This document shows positions 28,926 through 37,929 of a DNA stretch of 40,647 bases, one piece after another. Source of the stretch: Deltaproteobacteria bacterium. GTDB taxonomy: Bacteria > Desulfobacterota > Desulfobacteria > Desulfobacterales > UBA11574. Under the pieces are notes generated by a model. It was not told where the DNA came from and did not search any database. It saw only the letters and a program-made list of their open reading frames with translations. The stretch lies in contig JAFDEW010000006.1 of assembly GCA_019310125.1 (NCBI GenBank), positions 1-40,647 of the forward strand, in the 5' to 3' direction. Made by a program: the position numbers and the translations under genes. Position 1 is the first letter of the stretch. Each line of letters opens with the position of its first letter.

Positions 28926-29117
28926 TTAGGGCGCTTTAACGATATGGCCTGATTTTATACAGTTTGTGCAGACCTTCATCCTTTTAACCCTGCCGTTATA
29001 CATTGTCCGTACGCTCTGAAGATTTGGATTGAATCGACGTTTTGTCACATTGTGGGCGTGGCTAACATTATTTCCAACAAGCGGTTTTTTCCCGCATATT
29101 TCACATACTTTGGCCAT
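28926..29117 (-). CDS. rpmB: 50S ribosomal protein L28
   Basis: [34 protein letters not shown] is the canonical L28 sequence. Confidence 0.95.
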   Translation of the reverse strand: MAKVCEICGKKPLVGNNVSHAHNVTKRRFNPNLQSVRTMYNGRVKRMKVCTNCIKSGHIVKAP

Positions 29118-29208
29118 TATTATTTCTCCTTATATTTATAAAAACCTGATTCAATACATCTTAACAAACAAGATGTAAAGGATTTTTCTTAACCACCGCA
29201 TTTCTTTT

Positions 29209-29877
29209 CTACAGAGACCCCTTTTCCTGGTCCTGTTCTTTTAATAACGCCTCACAGGTGGCAATATGCTGCAAAGCCTTTTGGTGGACTCCCACATCAG
29301 GGTATTGGGTAAGGATTGACTCGAACCGATGTAAAGCAGCTTTGTAATGTTTGCTCTTTAAATAAAAAAGTCCAACATAAAGTTCATGCCCGGTGAGGCT
29401 TTTCAGACATTTTTTGATATTTTCTTCGGCTTTAATCGCATATGGATCTTTTGGAAACTGTTTTTTAAGACGATGGAACGTATCAAGGGCTTTTTTAGCC
29501 GTGGACTGATCCCTGTCGATGGTATCTATCTGCTGAAAATAACAAAGTCCCATTTTATAAATAACATAGGGTATGGCTTCGTTGCGTGGATGAAGGCTTT
29601 CAAACTCTTCATATGCTGAGACCGCTTCTTCATACTCTTCAATATTATAATTGGCATCGGCTATTTTTAATTCCGCAAAAGGCACATATTTGCTGAAAGG
29701 ATACCAGTCTTTGAGTTTCTCAAAGGATGCTATGGATTTTTCATATTTTCCACGGTTGAATAGATCCATTCCATCACTTGCGAGTTCCTGTGCGGTTTTT
29801 TCCTCTTTGGTTTCGAACCATGCACACCCCGAAACCAAAAACAATGAAATGAGGCTTAACGCTATGATGTTTTTCAT
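29209..29877 (-). CDS. bamD: Outer-membrane protein assembly factor BamD (TPR lipoprotein)
   Basis: The lipobox is LVSGC. TPR repeats are present, and the Y..A...F..L...YP.S.Y pattern is typical of BamD/YfiO. Confidence 0.78.
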   Translation of the reverse strand: MKNIIALSLISLFLVSGCAWFETKEEKTAQELASDGMDLFNRGKYEKSIASFEKLKDWYPFSKYVPFAELKIADANYNIEEYEEAVSAYEEFESLHPRNEAIPYVIYKMGLCYFQQIDTIDRDQSTAKKALDTFHRLKKQFPKDPYAIKAEENIKKCLKSLTGHELYVGLFYLKSKHYKAALHRFESILTQYPDVGVHQKALQHIATCEALLKEQDQEKGSL

Positions 29878-30803
29878 TTTTTTATGTTTTCGATATAATT
29901 TTCTGCAGAAATAGCTGCGATAGCGCCGTCGCCAACCGCAGTTACAACCTGGCGCAACGGGGTATTTCTGACGTCGCCCGCGGCAAATACACCGGGCACG
30001 GATGTCTCCATATTTAAATCTGCAATAATAAATCCGTATTCATCCAGTTTTACACTATCCCCCAGGAATTGAGCATTGGGAATTGTGCCGACCCATATAA
30101 AGCACCCATCCACAGAAAATTGTGTTTTATCACCTGTTTTGACATTTTTCACGGTAATATTTTCAACATGAGTTAACCCGCTAATATCGGTCAACACAGA
30201 ATCCCATATCATTTCTATTTTTTCATTGGCCAATGCACGTTTTTGAAGAATTGCCGCCGCGCGCAATTTATCTCTCCGATGAATAAGGTATACTTTTTTC
30301 GCAAATTTGGTTAAAAACAAACTTTCCTGTACAGCGGTATCGCCACCGCCCACCGCCGCCACAATACCTTCTTTGAAAAACGGACCGTCACAAGTGGCGC
30401 ATGAAGAAATACCTTTGCCGTAAAAAGTTTCTTCTCCGGGAACCCCCAGCTTTTTCGGTGAAGCACCGGTTGCGATAATTATTGCATGAGTTGTGAGCGT
30501 TCTGTCGTTTAAGGTAATTTTCTTAACCGGTTCAGAGAAATCTACGGAAATAACCTCATTGCTTTCGATGGACAGGTCAAATCGTTTGACCTGCTCGGTC
30601 ATCCTCTGAACCAGGTCGGGTCCGCTGAGTCCTTCCGGAAATCCTGGATAATTCTCGATCCAGTCGGTAATAATGATCTGCCCGCCGGGCACAATCTTTT
30701 CGATCAGGATTACATTTAATCCGCCCCGTGCCGCATAAAGACCGGCGGTGAGTCCCGCAGGACCACCGCCGATAATGACAAGCTCATAATCGACGCTTTT
30801 CAT
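29874..30803 (-). CDS. trxB: Thioredoxin-disulfide reductase
   Basis: The FAD motif is IIGGGPAGLTAG, the redox centre is CATCDG, and the NADPH motif is GGGDTA. The gene overlaps the bamD start by 4 nt. Confidence 0.92.
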   Translation of the reverse strand: MKSVDYELVIIGGGPAGLTAGLYAARGGLNVILIEKIVPGGQIIITDWIENYPGFPEGLSGPDLVQRMTEQVKRFDLSIESNEVISVDFSEPVKKITLNDRTLTTHAIIIATGASPKKLGVPGEETFYGKGISSCATCDGPFFKEGIVAAVGGGDTAVQESLFLTKFAKKVYLIHRRDKLRAAAILQKRALANEKIEMIWDSVLTDISGLTHVENITVKNVKTGDKTQFSVDGCFIWVGTIPNAQFLGDSVKLDEYGFIIADLNMETSVPGVFAAGDVRNTPLRQVVTAVGDGAIAAISAENYIENIKK

Positions 30804-30817
30804 TGCATATTTTCCTG

Positions 30818-31141
30818 TTACGCCTTGGTTATAATTTCTTCGAGTTTTGATTTGGGAACGATACCGACAATCTTGTCGAGAACTTTTCCTTGCTTAAAGA
30901 AAATAAGGGTAGGAATAGATTTTATCCCGTATTTGCTCGGGGTAGTCGGGTTTTCATCAACATTACATCGTGTGAATTTGAATTTGTCGCCATAAGTTGC
31001 GGCAAGCTCTTCAACAAGTGGCTCTATGGCCCTGCACGGACCGCACCAGGGTGCCCAGAAATCAACCAATACGGGTTTTTCAGACTCCAACACCTCGGCA
31101 TCAAAGTTGTTGTCATCGATTTCCATAATATCATGTGCCAT
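30818..31141 (-). CDS. trxA: Thioredoxin
   Basis: The WCGPC active site is present. The ATG at 31141 gives a canonical 107-aa protein with AAAGGAA upstream. The 31240 start is a spurious extension that reads through a repeat fragment. Confidence 0.92.
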   Translation of the reverse strand: MAHDIMEIDDNNFDAEVLESEKPVLVDFWAPWCGPCRAIEPLVEELAATYGDKFKFTRCNVDENPTTPSKYGIKSIPTLIFFKQGKVLDKIVGIVPKSKLEEIITKA

Positions 31142-31158
31142 AACAGAAATTCCTTTCT

Positions 31159-31193
31159 TTGAATTTGAATTTTTTACGAAACCGTCTAAATTA
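31159..31193 (+). repeat. Partial copy (right end only) of the 144-bp repeat family, in the trxA leader/promoter
   Basis: ttgaatttgaattttttacgaaaccgtctaaat matches ttgaatttgaactttttacgaaaccgtctaaat at the right end of the full copies, with 1 mismatch. Confidence 0.85.
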
Positions 31194-31506
31194 AAACCAA
31201 CAATAAAAGAAAATATAGTCCTATGAATAGCTATTGTCAACCTTTTCAGAAGGACTCTTGGTATCCTTTAAAGGAAGCCGTTCCAGAGAAATAAATTCCC
31301 TTTTACGTCTGCTTTTTAAATACAATTTGAAGTGTTGTTCTGTCATAGCGCATAAATTTAATAGGAATTGAAGATTCAATCTGTTATTTATGTATTAGAA
31401 ATACGGTATCAGTTTGGATGAATTTGTAACAGGTCGAGTTCATAAGGCGTTAGGAATTTATCGACAGTATTTAGTAAGTTATCGAGACGTTAAGGAGTTA
31501 TTAAGT

Positions 31507-32118
31507 ATGGAAGTTATGGGCGACAATTATGCTAAAATTGTTCAGGGTAATCTTAAAAGACTTTATGAAAGTTTTCCGGAAGATCTGGAACGGACGCTAC
31601 CCGCTGAACGGAATAAAGATTCCTTTTTATTTCATGCTTTTGGTGAGAAGTGTGAGCTTCGACCCGGTGGAATCTTTCTGAGTCACATTCAGCAGACCGG
31701 GGTGATCGGGATCCTGATTTCCCTGTATGCACTTCATACCAGGCCTGAGCCAACCATACTGGCGCCGTTAAAGGCCTTTAAGGATTTTCCGAACAGTATG
31801 CCTTACGCCGGAGCTTTCGTTACCCATACCCAGCAGATTCTGGTGCCGCACGTTGAGAGAATCGAAAAAACAAAAGACCAAATTATGGCAAATCTTAGCG
31901 GACGTAAGGCACCGGCAGGTGTGGAAGGCGATTTTTCATTTATTGTCTACCCATTGCCCAAAATAGCCCTTGGCTATATTTTCTATGAAGCCGATGATGA
32001 ATTTTCGGCGTCGGTCACCTGCCTTTATTCTAATAATGCGCTATCCTTTTTGCCCATAGACGCGCTGGCGGATGTCGGGGAATATACTTCAAGGAAGATA
32101 CTTGACCTCATCCATTGA
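31507..32118 (+). CDS. Hypothetical protein, DUF3786-like
   Basis: A strong RBS (TAAGGAG, 9-nt spacing) precedes the ATG at 31507, and the TTG at 31414 is unsupported. The DUF3786 call rests only on my memory of family-like N-terminal organisation. Confidence 0.45.
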   Translation: MEVMGDNYAKIVQGNLKRLYESFPEDLERTLPAERNKDSFLFHAFGEKCELRPGGIFLSHIQQTGVIGILISLYALHTRPEPTILAPLKAFKDFPNSMPYAGAFVTHTQQILVPHVERIEKTKDQIMANLSGRKAPAGVEGDFSFIVYPLPKIALGYIFYEADDEFSASVTCLYSNNALSFLPIDALADVGEYTSRKILDLIH

Positions 32119-32260
32119 CGGTCTCGTAAAAAGTCCAACTTCTGCGTTGTGCTGCATTTCGCAATCATTCAACGTACGACAAGAACGCCTCATGATTACA
32201 AAATTTGCACGCCTTGAATTTGAACTTTTTACGAAACCGTCTAAATCGGGCTTTTTACGA
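32117..32260 (+). repeat. 144-bp hairpin (MITE/REP-like) repeat, copy 2
   Basis: The terminal inverted repeats are gacggtctcgtaaaaagt (32117-32134) and actttttacgaaaccgtc (32224-32241). A half-repeat lies at 32251-32260. The first 2 nt overlap the TGA stop of the upstream gene. Confidence 0.9.
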
Positions 32261-32330
32261 GTTCATCATCCATTGATTATCAAACAAGATTACCCATTTC
32301 ATCCCAAGGAGGTTTTGGGTAAAAATAAAT

Positions 32331-33362
32331 TCAAGAGATAACCGTCAGTTTATCTTGGGCAAGGGAAACATCCGGGATAATCTTGAGGGATTTGATTTGA
32401 AATTTTTTTTTCAGACTTTCCACGTTCTTATTTTTTAACCCCCTCATTTTCGAAATGCTCCGGGGATGAACGTTTATGATAATTTTGTCACATGAGCCTG
32501 TCTTGGCTTCCAAGAGGGATGCCGCCATATCCATAAAAATCTCGGAATGAACCATATGTCCGAACGCCGGATGAAAAGGTCCTGCTAAAATCGTTGTGTT
32601 TTTTGCAAGATCCTCCGTGGCCTGAAGCCCCATACGAATGACCGGTATGTTTTTGCTTTTGAAAAAAAGGTAAAGATTTTTTACCAGAGAAACGCATCGT
32701 GAAACAGACCAGGGCGTATAGTCTCCGTTTCGATACCATACGGCAAGACGGCTATGTGCAAGAACAACCGTAGGATAAATCCTGACAAAATCAGGAGAAA
32801 GTGACGCAATTCTTTGTGCGGTAAACAGGGATTTGGTTTCATCATCACCCGGCAGCCCGACCATCATCTGCATGCCCACGTCATAATTTTGTTCCTTTAG
32901 CAGGGCCGCGGCTTTTTCCGTATCCAAAGCGGTGTGTCCCCGGTTTGCCATGGCCAGCACCTGATTGTCCATGGACTGAACACCGATTTCAATGGTTGAA
33001 ACAGGATAATCCTTAATGATATCAAGCTGTTTATTGCTTATCGTGTCCGGCCGAGTAGAAAAGCGAATACTGTCGACTTTTTTATTTTTTACAAATTTTG
33101 TAGTTTCATCAAGTAGAACTCTGATGTAATCTTTTTTCAGGCCAAGAAAATTTCCCCCGTAGAAAGACACCTGAACACACCGTCTCTGTGTTTTTTTATA
33201 TTCAAGAAACTCAGTTATCAGCAAGCACAGCGTTTCCGGGGAAATCGTGTCCGGCGTTACACCGGTGATGGAGGTTTGGTTGCAGAAAGCGCACTGATGG
33301 GGACACCCGAGATGGGGTAAAAAAATCGGAATGATAAAGGGCGTGTCTTTCTTTAGGCTCAC
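32331..33362 (-). CDS. Radical SAM protein, Elp3/COG1243-like core without an acetyltransferase domain
   Basis: FIIPIFLPHLGCPHQCAFCNQ carries the CxxxCxxC motif close to the N-terminus. The gene abuts the rnc stop with 0 nt between them. Confidence 0.7.
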   Translation of the reverse strand: MSLKKDTPFIIPIFLPHLGCPHQCAFCNQTSITGVTPDTISPETLCLLITEFLEYKKTQRRCVQVSFYGGNFLGLKKDYIRVLLDETTKFVKNKKVDSIRFSTRPDTISNKQLDIIKDYPVSTIEIGVQSMDNQVLAMANRGHTALDTEKAAALLKEQNYDVGMQMMVGLPGDDETKSLFTAQRIASLSPDFVRIYPTVVLAHSRLAVWYRNGDYTPWSVSRCVSLVKNLYLFFKSKNIPVIRMGLQATEDLAKNTTILAGPFHPAFGHMVHSEIFMDMAASLLEAKTGSCDKIIINVHPRSISKMRGLKNKNVESLKKKFQIKSLKIIPDVSLAQDKLTVIS

Positions 33363-34067
33363 TTAACTGGGAGTTCCGGACTTTAAAATATCAAGGCCTT
33401 TTCTGGCGGCATCCTGTTCGGCAGCTTTCTTGCTTTTTCCGATTCCTTCTGTCTGGACCTCACCAACCGTCAACTGAACCCTAAAGGTTTTGTCATGATC
33501 CGGACCGCTTTCATGGACGACATTGTAAATGGGGATGGATCGGTATTCCATCTGAACAAGTTCCTGAATCTGGCTTTTGAAATCATGATTGGCAGTGGGT
33601 GTGGCTACGGAATTAATCAGAAACGAAAAATGGCCGTCAATGATTTTAAAAGCAGCATCAAAACCGCCGTCTATGTAAACTGCTGCAATTAAGGCTTCAA
33701 ACGTGTCTGCCAGTATGGATTGCTTATTCCAGCCTTGGGATTGAATTTCTCCCTTGCCCAGTTGTATATGGGAACCCAGATCTATTCCCCGGGCAATGGA
33801 TGCAAGTTGAGATTCATTAACCAGATTGGCCCTCATCCTGGACAGATCCCCCTCCTTTAAATCCGGATATCTTTGCATGAGAATGTGCCCGACAACAAGA
33901 TTTAAAACAGCATCCCCGAGAAATTCAAGGCGTTCATTATCTTTGAGGTCTGTGTCCAGTTGTTCATTGACGAATGAACTGTGCCTTAAGGATTCAACAA
34001 GGAGATCCGTATTCTTAAATTCATAACTAAGTTTCCGAGTTAATTCAAACAGAGCTGTTTGTACCAT
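33363..34067 (-). CDS. rnc: Ribonuclease III
   Basis: The signature NERLEFLGDAVL is present, followed by a C-terminal dsRBD (GPDHDKTFRVQLTV ... GKSKKAAEQDAA). Confidence 0.93.
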   Translation of the reverse strand: MVQTALFELTRKLSYEFKNTDLLVESLRHSSFVNEQLDTDLKDNERLEFLGDAVLNLVVGHILMQRYPDLKEGDLSRMRANLVNESQLASIARGIDLGSHIQLGKGEIQSQGWNKQSILADTFEALIAAVYIDGGFDAAFKIIDGHFSFLINSVATPTANHDFKSQIQELVQMEYRSIPIYNVVHESGPDHDKTFRVQLTVGEVQTEGIGKSKKAAEQDAARKGLDILKSGTPS

Positions 34068-34079
34068 GTGTGTTCCTAT

Positions 34080-34931
34080 TTATAGATTTGAAATTAATTT
34101 TTCATACAGTTCATAAGGAACCGAGAAATTCCCCCTGCCCGATCCCATTTTAATTTCGGGCTTAATGGAACCGTGAAAATCCGTACCCCCGGTAATTAAT
34201 AATCCGTGCCTCTCTGCCATCTCGGTATATCGGGCAATAAGATCCGGCAGTTGTTCAGGGTAATAGGCCTCTACTCCCTTAAGGCCCTTTTCTTTTAAAC
34301 AGATAATCAGCTTTTCAAGGACATCATCGTTGATGTTGAGAAGAACGGGATGGGCCAGAACGGGGAGTCCCCCGGCATCGAGTATAACTTCAATGGCGCG
34401 GTCACAGTCAATACGATATTTGTTAACATATGCCGGTTGCCCGGTTGCCAGATAGCTGTCAAATGCCTCGCTAAGGGATTGAACAAAGCCTTTTTTTACC
34501 ATTTGTTTTGCAATATGAGGTCTTCCAAGCTGACACTCTCCGCAATCTTTCCGTATTTCGTCCAGCGACAGGTCAAACCCCATGCGATTCAGCAGTTCAA
34601 TAATCCGGGGATTTCTGTTCTTTCTGGCCTCCTGTAACCGGACAAGGGTATGGTTCAATTGAGTATCATCTATATTGATACCATACCCCAAAATATGAAA
34701 GCTTCCCGGATAGGAAAAAGTCGGCGGGGGATTTGCGCTGATTTCAACACCGGTTAAGAATTTAAGAGAAGGGGGTATCCCAATGGCAAGGGCTTCTTTT
34801 ACGCCCACGATGGTGTCATGATCTGTAATGGATATGGCCCCGAGATTGAGACGTTGGGCCATCTTTAGGATTTCCGATGGTGAAAGCGTTCCATCAGAAG
34901 CGGTTGAATGAATATGAAGATCAATTTTCAC
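34080..34931 (-). CDS. trpH: PHP-domain phosphoesterase, TrpH/YciV (RNase AM) family
   Basis: MKIDLHIHSTASDGTLSP is the typical N-terminus, and downstream His/Asp metal ligands (ISITDHDT, LAHP, GGTDFHG) are present. Confidence 0.8.
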   Translation of the reverse strand: MKIDLHIHSTASDGTLSPSEILKMAQRLNLGAISITDHDTIVGVKEALAIGIPPSLKFLTGVEISANPPPTFSYPGSFHILGYGINIDDTQLNHTLVRLQEARKNRNPRIIELLNRMGFDLSLDEIRKDCGECQLGRPHIAKQMVKKGFVQSLSEAFDSYLATGQPAYVNKYRIDCDRAIEVILDAGGLPVLAHPVLLNINDDVLEKLIICLKEKGLKGVEAYYPEQLPDLIARYTEMAERHGLLITGGTDFHGSIKPEIKMGSGRGNFSVPYELYEKLISNL

Positions 34932-34939
34932 ATTCTTAT

Positions 34940-35302
34940 TTATAATCCGAGGGCTTTTTCAAAAGCCTCTTCTTTGGTTTTACAAGCAATACATAATGTC
35001 GTAACCGGTCTGGCCTTAAGGCGACTTGCTGAAATATTGTCACCGCATTTTTCACAGATTCCGAACGTGCCGTCGTCGATACGTGCCAAGGCCTTTTTTA
35101 TCTTCTTGATCAGCTTGTTTTCTCTATCCCTTATTCGAAGCATAAAATTCCGGTCTGATTCAAGAGACGCACGGTCCGCCGGATCCGGAAAATTCTCTTT
35201 CGGGGTGGTCATACCTGAAACCGTATTATCTGCATGACTTAACAGTTCTTCCAACCGGTTGGTTAAAAAGTCTTTAAAATATTCGATATCATTCTTTTTC
35301 AT
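34940..35302 (-). CDS. dksA: DksA/TraR-family C4 zinc-finger protein
   Basis: A coiled-coil region with acidic residues precedes the zinc finger CEKCGDNI ... LCIACK. The ATG at 35302 is preferred over the TTG at 35329. Confidence 0.72.
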   Translation of the reverse strand: MKKNDIEYFKDFLTNRLEELLSHADNTVSGMTTPKENFPDPADRASLESDRNFMLRIRDRENKLIKKIKKALARIDDGTFGICEKCGDNISASRLKARPVTTLCIACKTKEEAFEKALGL

Positions 35303-35571
35303 GTCAAACCCTTTGAATAAAAAAAACAACTCGGATTTTGTAAAATTAATTAATTTATATTAACAAAATGACTATGTAAAGTAAAATTTTATTTTTTTGT
35401 TATTTTTAAAAATTAATTTGACAATCTTGCAATAATCCATGGTTTTTATTTTTAAGCAAGACGTCAATGTTGGTAAATATTCATAGCGCCTTTTGGTATG
35501 GATAGAGTATCCAACCATGGCCAAACAAAAATATGCATTAAATAAAAAACATTATCATCCCCACAAAAAAA

Positions 35572-36533
35572 TCAAGTGGTTGCTTTCAAGAATCGCTCCA
35601 GCTGTTTCATGCTGTTTACCGTATATATTTTACCGGGATAATCCTTGGGCAATATTTTTTTTATTAAACCGGTAAGAACCTTTCCCGGGCCCACTTCAAC
35701 AAAGACCTCCACATTTTCGGCCATAAGCCTGCACACGGAGTCATACCATTTTACGGGGCTGCAAAGCTGCCGGGCCATAATCGATTTGATTTCATTGGGA
35801 TCTTCAGCATAATCGGCCGTTACATTAAACACCACCGGGCGGTCCGGTGGGTTAAAATGCATGGATTCGATAACGTCGCTAAACTCGTCCTGGGCGCCTT
35901 TTATCAATTCACTGTGCCACGCGCCGCTGACTTTCAAGGGGATGGCTTTGGCGCCCCGGGAAGAAACCAGGGCGGAAACCTTTTTAACCATGTCCGGCGC
36001 TCCGGTGATGACAATCTGCTGTTCGGTGTTGTGGTTTGCCACGGCAACAATTCCGAGTTGTTGCACCTCGGCGACCAGTTCTTGTACGGTATGGATCGGC
36101 AACCCGATGATTGCATGCATGACCCCTTGATGCCGGGTAGCTTCACGGTGCATGAGTTCGCCTCTTTTAAAAACCAATCTGATCGTATCTTGTTTTGATA
36201 TGATGCCCGATGCATGTAATGCGCTGTATTCGCCTAGACTGTGGCCGGCGCATATATCAGGCCCGACCCCATGTTTTTCAATGGCAAAAAAACAGGCCAG
36301 ATTTACAACGGTTACTACAGGCTGAAGATTCACCGTTTGGGTAAGCTCGTCGAAAGGGCCTTTAAAACACAGGTTGGATAGCCTTTAAAACACAGGTTGG
36401 ATATATTGATTTTGGTTATCTCTTCCGCCATGTCGAAAATTTCTCTGACACCGTCATATTCCTGATAAAAATCAAGACCCATACCCACGGACTGTGATCC
36501 CTGACCGGGAAAAAGAAATGCTGTTTTTTTCAA
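35572..36533 (-). pseudogene. fabD: Malonyl-CoA:ACP transacylase, frameshifted by a 23-bp tandem duplication
   Basis: The two ORFs (36330-36614 and 35572-36333) together encode FabD, with FLFPGQGSQ and the GHSLGEYSAL active site. Deleting one 23-bp unit restores ...SNLCFKGPFDELTQTVNLQPVV... and a 312-aa protein. The likely start is the TTG at 36533, which has GGAGG 6 nt upstream. Confidence 0.82.
36358..36403. repeat. Perfect tandem duplication, 2 x 23 bp (gcctttaaaacacaggttggata)
   Basis: Units at 36358-36380 and 36381-36403 are identical, and the flanking bases differ. The unit length is not a multiple of 3. Confidence 0.97.
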
Positions 36534-36546
36534 GGTTATCCTCCGT

Positions 36547-37815
36547 TTATTCATCAAGTTTAAAAAGTTTTCGGGTAATGTCAAGGTAAGCGGATTTGTT
36601 TTGATGATATCCATTGCTCTTTAACAGCAGCATGGGATCATGCATGATTTTATTTATCATGGCGCTTGTCATTCGGGCAATGGCCTGGCGATCATCATCT
36701 GACAGATGTTTTAACGCATGCAATGTTTTTTTTATTTCCGCCTGGGCGATGGCATCCATTTTTTCTCTTAAGGCGACGATGGTGGGCACCATGTCCAGAT
36801 TGTCGTACCATTGCCTGAACCCGATGACGGCCTCGTCAACAATTCTTTCCCCTTTAATCGCCTCCTTGTTGCGGTTTTCAATACTTTCATCGATGACGCC
36901 TTTCAGGTCATCGATGTCATAAACATATGAATTCGCCAGACGGTTAATTTCCGGATCGATATTTCGAGGTACCGCGATATCAATAAAAAAAATGGGGCGA
37001 TTCCGGCGTCGTCGTATGATCGCCTTGACCTGTTCGCGGGTCACAACGTAATCCGTTGATCCGGTAGAGCTGATAACAATGTCAACCCGCTCCAAGCTGT
37101 CTGCAATCTCTTCAAATCGGATGGCGCTGCCCTTGAACCTTTTGGCAAGTTTAACCCCGTTTTCAAAGGTTCGGTTGGCGACCAAAATATCCCCGGCTCT
37201 ATTTCGAATCAGATGTTCAACCGCCAGTTCAGCCATTTCCCCGGCTCCGATAAGGAGCACTTTTTTTCCTTCAAAGGCGCCGAATATTTTGCGCCCCAAC
37301 TCAATCGCCGCATAACTGATGGATACCGCATGATCTCCGATCCCGGTTTCACTGCGGACGCGTTTTGCCACGAAAAAGGTTCGATGAAACAATTTGTTCA
37401 GAATAACACCGGATGTTTTTTTTAAGGTGGCCAGCTTATACGCTTCTTTTAACTGACCCAGTATCTGAGGCTCTCCGACAACCATGGAGTCAAGACTCGA
37501 GGCCACCCGGAATATATGCCGGACCGCATCCTCCCCCTTATGGATATAAAGGGATTTTTCAAATTCGGACGCCGGCAGTTTTTTAAATTCGGATAGAAAC
37601 ATTTTCGCCGCTCTAACCGCATTGGATTTGTCCTCGGTGGCCATGAGAACTTCTACGCGGTTGCAGGTTGAGACAAGCACTGCTTCACTGATTACCTGTG
37701 ATTCCAGAAAAGCCCGCAGTATCGCGGATGTCTCGTCCGGCGAGAAGGCCAGGCACTCCCTCAACGCCACTGGTGCGGTTTTATGATTCAATCCCAATAA
37801 GACGATTTCCAACAT
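36547..37815 (-). CDS. hemA: Glutamyl-tRNA reductase
   Basis: The N-terminus is LGLNHKTAPVALRE, the catalytic Cys sits in STCNRVE, and the NADPH motif is IGAGEMAEL. Confidence 0.93.
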   Translation of the reverse strand: MLEIVLLGLNHKTAPVALRECLAFSPDETSAILRAFLESQVISEAVLVSTCNRVEVLMATEDKSNAVRAAKMFLSEFKKLPASEFEKSLYIHKGEDAVRHIFRVASSLDSMVVGEPQILGQLKEAYKLATLKKTSGVILNKLFHRTFFVAKRVRSETGIGDHAVSISYAAIELGRKIFGAFEGKKVLLIGAGEMAELAVEHLIRNRAGDILVANRTFENGVKLAKRFKGSAIRFEEIADSLERVDIVISSTGSTDYVVTREQVKAIIRRRRNRPIFFIDIAVPRNIDPEINRLANSYVYDIDDLKGVIDESIENRNKEAIKGERIVDEAVIGFRQWYDNLDMVPTIVALREKMDAIAQAEIKKTLHALKHLSDDDRQAIARMTSAMINKIMHDPMLLLKSNGYHQNKSAYLDITRKLFKLDE

Positions 37816-37929
37816 ATTTCTTAATAATATAAATCAGTTGTCTTTGTGTTTGGTAACTTCTCAATAAGTTCTGGTTTATGAAATAATCATATGGACCCGA
37901 ATCCGTCATTTATTGAAAAGCACCTGTAT

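Noticed and set aside
26654-32260. Possibility that the repeated sequences form a CRISPR array
   Set aside because: There are only two full copies, 5.4 kb apart and separated by ordinary genes. The units are 144 bp with long terminal inverted repeats. There is no regular repeat-spacer periodicity and there are no cas genes.
32072-32341. 89-aa ORF (and 26491-26709 on the other strand) containing ...EFELFTKPSK...
   Set aside because: These ORFs are created by reading through copies of the 144-bp hairpin repeat. The peptide similarity between loci reflects DNA repetition, not a gene family.
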